NCBI GenBank assembly: GCA_045837725.1 | Contig: JBEWZL010000166.1 | Coordinates: forward strand, 62,001 to 126,000 | DNA length: 64,000 bases | From: Vermamoeba vermiformis | Taxonomy: Eukaryota | Direction: 5' to 3' | Part shown: positions 26,073 through 37,954 of the stretch, one piece after another | How the letters are laid out: each line of letters opens with the position of its first letter | How positions within the stretch are numbered: the first letter of the stretch is position 1 | Made by a program: the position numbers and the translations under genes | The notes under the pieces: model-generated | What the model was told of the DNA's origin: nothing | The model's input: the letters and a program-made list of their open reading frames with translations, nothing else | Databases searched by the model: none

Positions 26073-27768
26073 TCAAAAGTCAGTATCCAAGCTCGTGAGT
26101 AAACGAGGCAATTTCGCTTCGATCACACTGAGCGATGTGGCATCACTAACGGCAGTTAATTGTAACAATTGCAAGTTGGTGAGTAATACGAAGGGGTACC
26201 CATCACTAGGCAGAGCTTCGGAGCAGCCAACTGAAAGGCATGTCAAATTCTTGAGTGCTGAAAACGAATCCAGTTTGGATCTGGTAACAAAGTTCATAAT
26301 CTCCAATTTCTTCAATTTTGTTAGCGTTAGTGCCCATGAGCACGTATTGGCATAATAAAGTTCTAATCGTGTCAAATTTGTCAAAGTGCTAAGTGTCGCT
26401 GTGTCAGTGTGCATGACGAGCTCTTGAAGACTGGTCGGCAAATTGTCTGGCAATTCAACTTTTGAATAAACTTCCAATTTAGTCAACTTTTGCATCATTT
26501 GAAGCATTTTGCTGTCAATGTCAATTGACGTCGTTAATTCGAGTAGGCTGGGTAAGCCTCGCATTAGGACCCTTTGCGGTGTCACTAGACGTGTCAAAAG
26601 TGTCAAATTTGACACGTTAAACTTTGTTGCTGTATTTCTTGTCCCGGGCTTATTTACAATTTCTAATGACTCTAGACCTGTCAATCTCGACAAAACTTCT
26701 AATGACGTCTGGTCCGTTAAAAGATCTATTTTTAGCTCTTTCAGTGAATCTTCTCGAATGTAGTATAAAAAGTTGAAGTTTGTAGTTGCTGACATTACTG
26801 TCAAGGATCTGATCGCGAGATGCTCCATGAACCGTAGATCCGATGAAGGTAATGCAGCATATGTAGGTGTTAATATCGATAGCTCCTTTAATCTCGTGAG
26901 TTTTGATAATTCGGAGTCCGTGCAGACCCTCGAACGCAGCACAAGTCTGGTCAAGTGCACGTTTGCAACGACTAGTTTCGGCTTGATAAAAAAGCTTGAG
27001 CTTAAATTGAATAGGGAAGCGGTATTCAATGGCAAGTAGTATTCTATATGTCTGTACGGTTGTTTGTAATCAAGCTGAAGATCCATCAAGTTCGACATGA
27101 GCGAGATCTCGTCTAGGTTTTCTGGGCTGCTAGTGGTTGAAAGAATATGCAGTCTAGTTAATAGCGTTGGATTGATTAAGCCTTGTAACGTTATATTGAT
27201 ATTACAGCAATACGACGACAGCAAATTGAGTTCGTACAGATTCGTCATTGAATCCAATGAGCGCGGCAAGATATCTCCTCCATGAAGTGTGAGCTTTGAA
27301 AGATTTGCCAATCTCGATAAACCTTCGTAATTTCTCGCAGCAACACTAAGTTCTCGAAGGTTTTCCAAATCAGCAAGGTGGTTGAGACTCGAATCCGGCA
27401 AGGTGAGCTCCGAAATGTCCAAAGTCACTATATTCTTGATTTTGCTTATTCCAATAATAAATTTAGGGCCATTTTCACAAACTTTCTTTGGTGGCTTCTT
27501 GATTGCGAAGGAGACGGGACGGGATGTGACTTCATCTGACACTTTTGTCGCAAGATAATCGATAACTCGATCTAACTCGTCGTAAGTTGGTGCGCATATT
27601 CTATAGCTATTTTTGGAGAATAATTGGCGATACCATTTGCTTGTGGCGTTGAGCTGATCAAAATCTTCCGGATTTAGCAACGAAAAAATCAATTCCATCA
27701 ATTCAGGCGGTAGAAACTCCTACAATAATTAACATATTATATGTAGGAAAGGCGTTACGGGTTACCAT
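26073..27768 (-). CDS. F-box/LRR protein
   Basis: ATG|intron|EFLPPELMELIFSLL...TSKWY F-box followed by about 500 aa of LxxLxxLxL repeats. Confidence 0.87.
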
Positions 27769-27883
27769 TTTATTATGTGTGGTGCTTTACGAGCCAAGCG
27801 CGGGAAAATGATTGTAATTCCTCTTGCATGTCAATCAATTAAAAGAAACATAAGGACACGATATTAATATAGAGAACCTCTAT

Positions 27884-28999
27884 TTATGCACACGTAGCAG
27901 AACATTGTTCCAGCCAGCTAGGCAACGGGCATGCAAAGTTCGTGTTGGATGCGTGGCATTCAAAGCCCGGGCTTAGTGTCACATTGATAGCTCTAACCGA
28001 TGTGAAGGCATTATTTTCTATATTTAAGTATTCTAATTGGCCAAACTGATCTTCGTCCAGCATTAACTCGCCAGTGAAGTTGTTACCAGCAATGTTCAAG
28101 CGTTGGATGCTCCTCAATGATAAGAGCTCGTGCGTGTCCCCCGTGAGCCTATTATGCTCTATTAATAGTCTTGTAATAGTTGACGGAAGTTTCGGCAGTG
28201 TTCCTGCGAACTGATTGTCGCTTAAGAAAAGCGTGTTGATTGTCTCTGATCGCAGATCCGGAATTGTCCCGTAGAAATTATTATGAGCCAAACTCATACC
28301 AAGTTCCACGCTATTGATGAACTCTTCTGAAATTTCTCCGGTCAGCTGGTTCTTTCCAACGTCAATGGACTGTAGTTTCAAACTCGCCAGTTCTTCGAGA
28401 GGCAACACTCCCGTTAGATTGTTTTGCAGCAGGATTAAGACACGAAGCTCTTTAAGACCTGCGATCTCTTTAGGGATAGAGCCTTCTATATGATTGTAGG
28501 GCAAGTTGAGTTGTCCGAGGGTCGTGAGGTTGCCGATACTTGCAGGAATTGTGCCACGCAGGTTGTTCCGTTGAAGTGACAAAGAACGAATTTGACCAAA
28601 GTTGCACCACACGCCAAACCACTCACAGATCGGTGCGTCTGTTATCCAATTGTCTTTTCGAGTCCAGTTCGATCCGCCAGTTGCCACGAACAATTCTTGC
28701 AAGATAGGTCTTTCAGGCTCTTCATAGTCGTCACTTCTTGGTGTACCCGGCACTAGGGGTGGTTTGTTTGGAGAGTTAGGCCTTAATGAAATATACAGAG
28801 TGGCAACAATGGCTGTCAAAACCACGGCGACACCCACTATTGTCAACACGCTCTGCCATTTATGAGGTATTCTACTGCCAGTAACTCTTCGTTTAGATGA
28901 TTTGGGTCTCGTGTACTCTTCGACGTCGAAGCCCTCAACAGATTGGGCCCCTGTCAGAGCGACCTCTTCGTCTTCAAGATCCACATCTACGTTTGACAT
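27884..28999 (-). CDS. Intronless type II membrane protein with plant/bacterial-type LRRs and LRRNT_2 cap
   Basis: TM VLTIVGVAVVLTAIVATLYI; cap LFVATGGSNWTRKDNW...CEWFGVWC; repeats NNLRGTIPASIGNL, NHIEGSIPKEI; Cys cap FACPLP. Confidence 0.9.
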   Translation of the reverse strand: MSNVDVDLEDEEVALTGAQSVEGFDVEEYTRPKSSKRRVTGSRIPHKWQSVLTIVGVAVVLTAIVATLYISLRPNSPNKPPLVPGTPRSDDYEEPERPILQELFVATGGSNWTRKDNWITDAPICEWFGVWCNFGQIRSLSLQRNNLRGTIPASIGNLTTLGQLNLPYNHIEGSIPKEIAGLKELRVLILLQNNLTGVLPLEELASLKLQSIDVGKNQLTGEISEEFINSVELGMSLAHNNFYGTIPDLRSETINTLFLSDNQFAGTLPKLPSTITRLLIEHNRLTGDTHELLSLRSIQRLNIAGNNFTGELMLDEDQFGQLEYLNIENNAFTSVRAINVTLSPGFECHASNTNFACPLPSWLEQCSATCA

Positions 29000-29449
29000 T
29001 TCTGACCGAGTCCGCTGCTTTTTGAAGACGTCGAATCTAACTTTACTATATGTAGGCTTAGCATTAATATTTTCTATACTTGAAACGGTGCAATTACAAA
29101 CGCGATAAAAATTATTAAAATAACTACCTCGGCCAAGGAAACTTGAGGAAGTAATCCCATTATTAATAATGTAATTTTAAAATAAATAATAAATTACTCC
29201 GGGTCAAAATACTGCGATCACTTACGTAAGTGAAATGATCTGATAGGAAAGATTCTGCCCTGAAGCTACCACGGTTATTCGTGAAATAATACGACTGTTG
29301 ATATTCTACGTCATAGGATCATCTACTTCGGACTCTTGAGTTAACACCGCCAGAAGTCAAATCTAAAAATAACTTTAAATTTTCGCCGTGAAAAACCAAA
29401 ACGAAGTTAATAGAAAGAGTGAACGATAGCTTCTATTAAATAACAAGGT

Positions 29450-30260
29450 TAGATCATCGTTTAGATCTCACAGCTACAAGAGGATCCGAAGCAGATGCCA
29501 GGCTCGGATCTAGTGGAACGTTGTACAAAGAGTAGTATAGTATAGGTACTGCACCACTTCAAGCGTGCTGGTTGTAGTCTTGTGAGGAAATGCATTGAAG
29601 ATCTCTCGGATGTACCGTAACGAACAGCTGTAGCTTACTGCACAACCTAGCCGTGTAAGTGAAGACAGGTGATTGAACACGCGATGCATTATTCGTTGCA
29701 GCTAGTCGTCTTCATCGCTGTCTGTGTTATAATTGGCTAGTAGCGACAGTCCCTCCGCAGGCTCATCTTTCTGCAAGCAAACAGAGAGTTAGCCCAACTC
29801 GTCACTTGGTCAGACATTCGAGTACGTGTCCGCGCCTAAAAATCACTCCACTTACATGTTCTACAGGCGTCGTTACTTGTGTTGTGCGCGAGATGATGGG
29901 TTGTGTATTATCACTAGTAAGATTTTCAACTGGCTTCTTTGTAAAGTTGTACAATGGCTGATCCTGATCGTCTTCGAATCTAGCCGTTGTAACGGTCAAA
30001 TTGGTACCAACAGTGTGTGCTGCGGTAGAAGTGCTGTGAAGGTCCGCCAGCGGTGTTGCTATTTCCTCCTCGTGCAATAGAAGATAAAAACGCATCGTCC
30101 TTGAGTTCTCTGAACGTGCCATCTGGATTAAACAGATCTTCATTAGAGTACTCCGGAACCTCATATTCGTTGTCTTTTTCGTCATGATCTGGGTGGCTGT
30201 ATTTTGTACGCTTGTTAGGTCTGTCATAATCTCCTTTGGCTTGCTTCTCCATCTGGAGAA
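29450..30260 (-). pseudogene. Degraded coding relic of unknown origin
   Basis: Overlapping ORFs 29980-30327 and 29802-30227 look like one frameshifted frame that continues with several in-frame stops; GC higher than the introns. Confidence 0.35.
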
Positions 30261-31097
30261 CGCAGATTAGAGCATGCACCGAAATTGTATTTGCTAGTGA
30301 TCTATAATCATAGTTTTTGCTGCTCACTTACAATTTCTGCCATCTTACGCTTGCCTATATACCCATGAGCCTCTCCCGGCGTGTAGAAGGCGGCAGATGG
30401 ATCGAGAGCCTTGCACTTGTTTACAAACCTTCAGAAAAAAATGATTATGATATATCCTACTCTTAGGTTGCACAATATATTAATATGCACGAGCCCTGGT
30501 GGTCGTGGGGCTCGAGGTTAAATTTAAAAAATTATTTGATTTCGGTCAATTACCGTTTATATTCTCCTTGCAATTCAGCAAGGCGCTCTTGAAATTCTTG
30601 AATCTTATAATCAGGATAGTTTCTAGTTCCAGATGTCTGTCTCAAACAGAAGTTGATTTCACTTTTAATTGAAGGAATCCACTTTCGTATCTCAGCTGGC
30701 GTGTTCAAGCGAGACTAGGGAAGCGTCAATACTACAAGTACGTTGCCACAAGAGCCAGTGCCCATTCTTACCAACGGAGGTCGCTGTTGCTTCTTCCCTA
30801 ACAGCAGGGTTAGATCGAAGTTCGATGGAGATGGTCGATCTTACTCTTTTCATCCTCTTGCGCGAGAAGAAACCTATTCAACTGCGAGTAGTTTTTCTCA
30901 CTATTACGAGCCATCGATAATGAGCTGGGCGAGTCTAACGGAAGTTGGTCAACAGAAATTTCGACCATGACTTAACTGTTTTTGGTTAAGTCACTCTGTT
31001 TCTGCCGTGCGTTTTTCAAATCTTCATCGTCCGTCATTAGTTCTTTTGTCCCACGACGAAGCCTAGTCGCGAATAGTTATTTAATCAAGGTCCAAAA

Positions 31098-32027
31098 ATG
31101 AAATACAACACTGGTATGTAGGCGGCACTATCACCGTGCTGCATTATGGCTGCATCAAGCATAATCTGCATCTAAATCTGCGAACAATATTCAATTGACG
31201 AAGGCTATGACGATAATATTACTATTACGTTAATGCAAATGAATTAATGCAAAATGCATGCTTTTTAATATTATTGGATATTTGTTATTTAAAAAATAAT
31301 CAATTATTGATCAAATTATTATTAGAGGTCACTTCTTCCCGCCGAAAGAATAGAAAGGCTCACTTCTCCGCCCCCTCTGATGAGAGACGTAAGAGAATGG
31401 CTGCCCCTCTCTCCAAGGAATTGAGAGCCAAGTACCACGTAAGAATCTGCTAATAATTATTAATTTATAATTTAAAAACGCACTATTTGCATTATAACTT
31501 TCTGCAGCGCAGGAATAAACAACGATTTAGGTAGAATGATTATTAATTAACGATTATTCGATAGATCCGTGCTGTTCCCATCCGCAAGGACGATGAGGTT
31601 ACCGTTACTCGCGGTACCATGAAGGGACGCGAAGGAAAGGTTGTCCAAGTGTACAGAAAGAAGTGGGTTGTCCACATTGACAAGATCACCAGAGATAAGG
31701 CCAACGGTAAGTATCAACCTCGGATTCAGTTATGCATAAAATTTTATTTCCCTGGAGGAAAAAACTAGCATTATGTTGTAATGAGCATTAGGCGCTAAAT
31801 GCCATGCAAAAGCATCAAATTTATTGCACACGATCTGACTGTTCCTCTTAGGTGCCACCGTTCACGTCGGTATCAACCCCTCCAAGGTTCAAATTACCAA
31901 GTTGAAGTTGGACAAGGACCGCAAGCACTTGTTGGAACGCAGAGCCGCCCCCAAGTTGAAGGCTCAAGACAAGCTCGCCGGCAAGGTTACTGAAACCAAG
32001 GACGCCACCATGACCCAACTCGATTAA
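31098..32027 (+). CDS. RPL26: 60S ribosomal protein L26 (uL24), 4 exons
   Basis: [21 protein letters not shown]...[51 protein letters not shown]. Confidence 0.98.
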
Positions 32028-32223
32028 ATAAATTTATTCGCTCCAAAAAATAAAATATTTTAAAACTATACAGTAGTTAGGATTTTCTTGAGGTCGTATA
32101 CCACCGAAAAAGCCGTTCAGAGTCAAAATATTTTCTGTTTGCAAATTTTTGATCAAGGCCAACATTTATTGTTCTTGTATATATTTTATAGATATCAACT
32201 ATTCAGCATATTTGTAGATAATA

Positions 32224-33359
32224 ATGTGGAGGTATATTGTTGCATTGCTTGTGTTATCAAGCACGATCTTGGCAGTATTTGCCGATCAAAGCCAGCAAGT
32301 GTCGATCCAAGTAAGTCGGTAATCAATTAATTAATATAAGAACAAAAAGATCCTAAATTGGCGAATGGAGTGGAAGTTTTTGAATACAAGTTGTGACGTG
32401 ATCCCTCCTTTCGCTTATCGAGAACCTATTCGATTAATAAATTTAAAAAATATTTTAGCAATATGTATGCTATAGATTAATCTGTAGCAAATTAACGGAA
32501 CGTAGCTCGAATGGAAAATACAATAATTATTAATAATTTTTTTTTCCTGATAGCTCGAACACAGTTTCAACGGAAAGGATTACTTCCCGAAGGGAGTCAT
32601 ATCATTTAAAAATCCCAATTCATTTTTGAATGTCGATGAGAGGAAGATTCAAAACTCCGTCAAATTCTCTCCTGGGACTGTCTCTTCCGCCGATCTGGCG
32701 CAACTTTCCTCATCAGATGGCCTTTACTATATTAGAGCTACCACTGATAAGGGCGTAGTCTTTAGTTCCGCCAAATTGGTAAGTCCACGTACCGATCGAC
32801 TTTTCGCTACTTCTTGTCTTTGCAGGACCACAAATACCTCCTTAATACTGGCTAATGTGATATTATTTACTTAGTGCACTTTAGCTGCATCTGATTTGTC
32901 GGAGACAATCGGAGTCAATCTTGATGCTGACGGCGCTGTTGTTGGCCTCGATTACCGTCCAGAAACTCATTCATGCGCCACTAATAAGAAGGTACGATTG
33001 TGAGAACCATATATTATAGTAGATATGATTCGACTAACTGATACGTTGGTAGATCTCGGCGAAGCAGTTCAAAACTGAAATTGACATTAGCTACCCTCGC
33101 GCAGCCGCCAAAGTAATGTCTGAGTACATGCCTGCTAGAGTGCAAGAAGAGGCTAAGCCTGCTGAGAATCAAGGCAGTTGGCTCTCGCGCTACGTAAGTG
33201 TTGATCTAGATTCTGAAAAAGATAATAATTACTTTTTATTAACAGTGGTACTATATTGTCCCCTTCGTGGCCATTAGTCTCATCGGACAGTTTTTGAACC
33301 CGCCTGCTGCTGAAGGAGGAAACGCCGGTCAAGCAGGAGGAAACCGTAGACGAGCCTAA
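32224..33359 (+). CDS. EMC10: ER membrane protein complex subunit 10
   Basis: Signal peptide, LEHSF, GLYYIR, CTLAASDLSETIGVNLD, C-terminal SWLSRYWYYIVPFV TM and Gly-rich tail typical of EMC10. Confidence 0.85.
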
Positions 33360-33694
33360 ATTTAGATACTACCCCGTCTGAATATTTTCGTTTGAAGACT
33401 TATAAAGCAGAGCTGTATTGTTTTAAATCTTGCATGTTGTTTGGACCGGTTTTAGTTGCATTACAAGTCCTATCTTTTGTTTTGTTTGTACTTCTCTTTA
33501 CCGTCTAGAAGTCTCTTATCTCATTCCTATTGACCCTCTTTCTTACCCAATCTATTGCACTGTCACAGCAGACTATTTGTGAGTCTTAAAGGCTGTTCGT
33601 GCGGTCCGGATAAAACAGAGCTGAAAAACGACAATTTTCATTTATTCAGCGCTTTAGTGCCACAACAGTCAAGTTTGCGGCTTGAAGATAGCGT

Positions 33695-36600
33695 ATGGAG
33701 GTATGTTTACATTATACTATAGATAGCATATTCCTATTTTTACGATCCGAATGTTTGACGATCTGATGCGGAAACTTCTCGTTTTGGTGACTCTTTCTGG
33801 TGACGCAACAAAGTGACATTTCTTCTCATATGATATAACGCTATTTTTCTGAATTATTTGAGCCGGAAATAGTTACTATTTGGCACCCACCGGCTGGCGT
33901 CATTTATTTAAATAACAAAAAAATATACAAAATTATTTGGCAAGATTAGTTCTCTTAAATAACACATATTATCAATAGTTCTTTGGAGACGACGATTTTA
34001 TTATCGAAACAACGTAAGTCACAAGTACCAAATATATTATGGACGAATATTGAATTTTCGTTTCAATTAGCTCCAATAAAACAGAGAATGTAGCTAACAA
34101 CACTAATGGATACGGCACAACGCCGTCAACTAAAGAAAAAGAAGATGTACAAATGAAAGAGGCTAGCGATGACTCTGCAGAGGAGGAATCAGTCAAGCCA
34201 GTTAAAAATACAAAGCTAAAAGAAGAGGTCAAGAATGTCGTTGATAATATTAGCCCTGCGACTATGATAGAGACCGTTACATTGATTGAAGATTTGCGAG
34301 ATTTATTCAAAGATAGGCCGGAAGATTATAATGCTCTTATGGACATTGTTAGAAGGATGAATCCTGAGGGATTAGAGTATGTTAGCATATCCGACATTTA
34401 AATATGCAAAAGGATTACGTAGTTCTGAAAAAACGCGATCTGATCTATTTCTTTTTGTAGTCATTGGTCAGCTTACCAGAAGATCTCAGCAATATTCGGC
34501 AATGTAAAGAGCGAACAAGGTCTTCAATTAGCCTCTAGAGTACTGCGGTATCTAAAGTTCCCGGCTATTTACGTTGAAGGGATCAGAGAATCCAGCGCCA
34601 TATCAAAAATGAAGGTTACTTTGGAGGAATCAAGTATATTTAATGACGGAAGTGATGAAGAGGGCCGAGGAGCTGATTCTAAGTCAACTGGAGGCACAGA
34701 AAGAAGATCCGCTCGTCAAAAGAAAAAACTTGACCAGGATCAGGTCTTTGTCACTCCAGAGGTCAAAGGCGATATCAAGCAATTTACCAAGTTGGTTAAG
34801 GTATATTTTTGACGCTTTGAGAGCAGTTTTCTATTTTTTGAATTTTATTTCTTTTATTTCGTCCGAACGGATCTTTTGGATCTCGCTTCTTTAGCACTTT
34901 AACATTTTCCAAAGTGCCCCAAAAATTCAAAATCATTTGACAAGCGATCTTCAGCAATCTTTACTGACAATTACCTTCTTTACAAAGGATCGGTTTACGC
35001 CAGGAGACTATGTCAAGTTTATTCAAGCAATGGACAAATATTTGAATAAGACGATCTCATTTGAAGATGCAGCCAAGAAATTCGTTAATTGCTTGAAAGA
35101 CGATTCGGACTTGCTTCAGAAGTTCATTAGCTTTTGGGAACCTCCTTTGTCGACTCGATTGAAGCAATACGCTAGCAAGCAAAGTGATGTATGGATATCA
35201 TATAATGATATTATAAGAGCGTATGATTAATATCATTTTCTCTAGTCAAAGCGGGACCAAGCCAGATCATCCAGCAAAAGGAAGAAACCTACTTTCGATG
35301 GTAAATCGATTGAAATATAATGACTAATCACCAATATTAATTCTAATATCATAGAAACGACTGACACTTCGACTTTGGATCTGGATCAGCTCGAAAGAGT
35401 TGGACCTAGTTACGTAGTTCTTCCTGAACAGGTAAATACAAAATATCGAATTTTTTTAATATTTAAATATTGTATTGATACCGTTTATTTCAGTGGCGTA
35501 AGGCTCTTTGTAGTGGCCGTAATGCGCTTCATCGAAGTGTTTTGAACGACAAGTACATGATTGTTGAAGGCCAAGAGGGCTACTTCAAAGAAAGTACCAA
35601 AAATAGTGCCGAAGAGGTCTTATTTAGATGCGAAGAGGACCAGTATCCTTTTTAACTAGCATAACGGAGTATTCCGTGTTTTATATTTTTACGTTATTAT
35701 TTTTCTTAACTTACGGCAAGATATGAATTCGACAGGATCCTTGAAATCCATAAAACGACCTTAAAGAAGATGTTAGAGCTGCAAAAAAATCCGGAAATTG
35801 AATACGATCACGTTTTGGAGCGTAAGTTTTTTGATTGAATCAAAACACAAAAAATCAAAGTGAACCTAATGTCATATTAACATTTTCGTAGATATATATC
35901 TGAAGTGTGTTCTTAATATGTATCGTTCCAACGACGAAGTTATTCACGTGTTGAGGTCGCACGATAAGATGAAAATGCAAGACATCGTCAACAAACTCGA
36001 GGATAAAATCAACGAAATGAAAGGCCTCCGCGAGCAATGGAACGTCGTTTGGGCTTACACGCATTACAAACACAGCCTTCGTTCGCTGGATCATCAAGGC
36101 CAGGCATTCTACGTAAAAGACTTCAAAGCTATGCGTCCTGAAGGTACGTCCTTGAAATAACTCTAAAATTACAGATCCAACTAACAAGCGTCGAATAATA
36201 GCATTATTGTCCACTATCAGACAAAACTATTATCTTTCGTTGTTGCGAGGAGAAATGCCGGAGTATTGTCTGAAGATTACACTTCCGGTTCAAGTCCAAC
36301 AGTTGTACACCTCCATGTCCTCAATTGGCGAAAGCATCGAGATTTATATCAAAAAAATGTTTTGCAACGTGGTAGACCAAGTACGTGGATCTTCTTACGT
36401 TGTCGCAAAAAAAAAGAACAACCCTAACGCTTGATTTGTAGGAGAAAGTTACGCGTATTGCTTCAATTTTTACGTCTCGTATGGACGACACGACCAAGTT
36501 TTCGAAGTTTCAGCTGACTGGCGATGCTAAGTGGATCGCTTGCATGCGAGTACTATCGGTAAGTACAGGCATTATAATAATATAGCAATAACGATTGAGT

Positions 36601-37781
36601 CACTAATGGTTGATTCAGATCATCGATTCACGACTAAATAAGATGGTTTCGCTGCACAGATTTAACGGCAAAAAATATTTGGCCGTTCACCCGCCCGCGC
36701 ACACGGTCGAAAGCTTCGTTGGTTCAGAGTTGTTTGAAGACTCGGATCTGCTGTACCAAGGACAACCTGCTTGGGAGCAACTGGAAGCCAAGTACACCGA
36801 GAATTTTCCCGCCAAGCAAACTGAACATCGCGAGACAGCAAAAAAACGATTTGATGAACTGGCAAGCAAGTTGAGGAAAGTCGTTGACCCGGACTTCAGG
36901 AACAACAAAGACCGAAGTGTCGTGCATTTGCCAGCAACCGAGAAATACGAGTATTATTTCGACTATGTCCTTGATTGCTTGGTCAGGGGCCAAATGGATC
37001 GCATGGCTTACGAAGAAAACTGCATGTTGCTGTTTGGACCTCAAGCTTATTTCTTGTTCACGCTCGACCATTGGATCGCAACTTTTGTTCGCCTCGTAAG
37101 TCACTTCATAATTTATGTTAAGATATGAAAAAGACTAACGCTCGAAAGTGCTACGAAATATCAAAGGACGAGAGCTCTGTAAAGCAGTTGGAAAAGAACA
37201 CTAATGAGGTTAAGTACCTCAAGCCAGGTCAAAAGATCCAGTACACGGCATTTTACCAAAAGCGAGCAACCGAGGTAAGTCATTATTTTATTATAGATAC
37301 ACGAACTGAGGATATACATACAGATTATTTATTATTTCGGCATTCGGGATTACGCGCACAAGAACGAAGACTTCTTGAAGCAATTCACATGGCTGAATTA
37401 CGCGAGGTTGCATTTGGACAGAACGTTCTATTACCAGCCTAAATACCCGCTGTTCTTAGAGAGGTAAGACCGTCTATTATATATTGCGTAAATAAGGCTC
37501 ATTACTAAATTTCTAATTGCTGCAGGAACCTTCAAATGGGCATGGGAGAGAAGGATCGTTTGGCTTATGTGTTCAAAAACCTGAACTCAGAAGCGAAGTT
37601 TGACTTCAACCACCACGGATTTACAGGTTATTTAATAGCTCGCGACTTTGTGCAGTATCGTGGCCCGAAGAGGCGATCTAAGTACAGGTCACGAAAGCCA
37701 CTCGAGCAAATTTGTTCACTTTTACATATCCAGAACGTGGCGAGAGAGGCACAGGAAGCAGAGAAAGTTGCGGCAAACTAA
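33695..37781 (+). CDS. SIN3: Sin3-like corepressor (PAH, HDAC-interaction domain, Sin3a_C), divergent
   Basis: PAH-like DRFTPGDYVKFIQAM...DLLQKFISF; HID RVGPSYVVLP, CSGRNALHRSVLND, EEVLFRCEEDQYEFD, RSLDHQGQAF; C-terminal YEENCMLLFGPQAYFLFTLD. Confidence 0.88.
35643..35720 (+). other. U12-type (minor spliceosome) GT-AG intron in the Sin3-like gene
   Basis: 5' site GTATCCTTT, branch site TTTTCTTAAC ending about 10 nt before the AG; removal restores CEEDQYEFD in frame. Confidence 0.85.
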
Positions 37782-37954
37782 ATAAATGTGAATAGTATCA
37801 TTTTGTTTGACGGAGTCAGATTTGTTCAACGGAAAACTGGTTTGGCGCCCTTTTTTCCAAAATTTATGAAACATCGCCATTTTGTCGTTTTGTAATTATA
37901 GAGCACCAGGCTTATTATTTTGTTAGCGAGTGGTGATAATTAAAGCGTTGACAG

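Noticed and set aside
31114..31851. snoRNAs in RPL26 introns
   Set aside because: No convincing C/D or H/ACA box pairs seen by eye.
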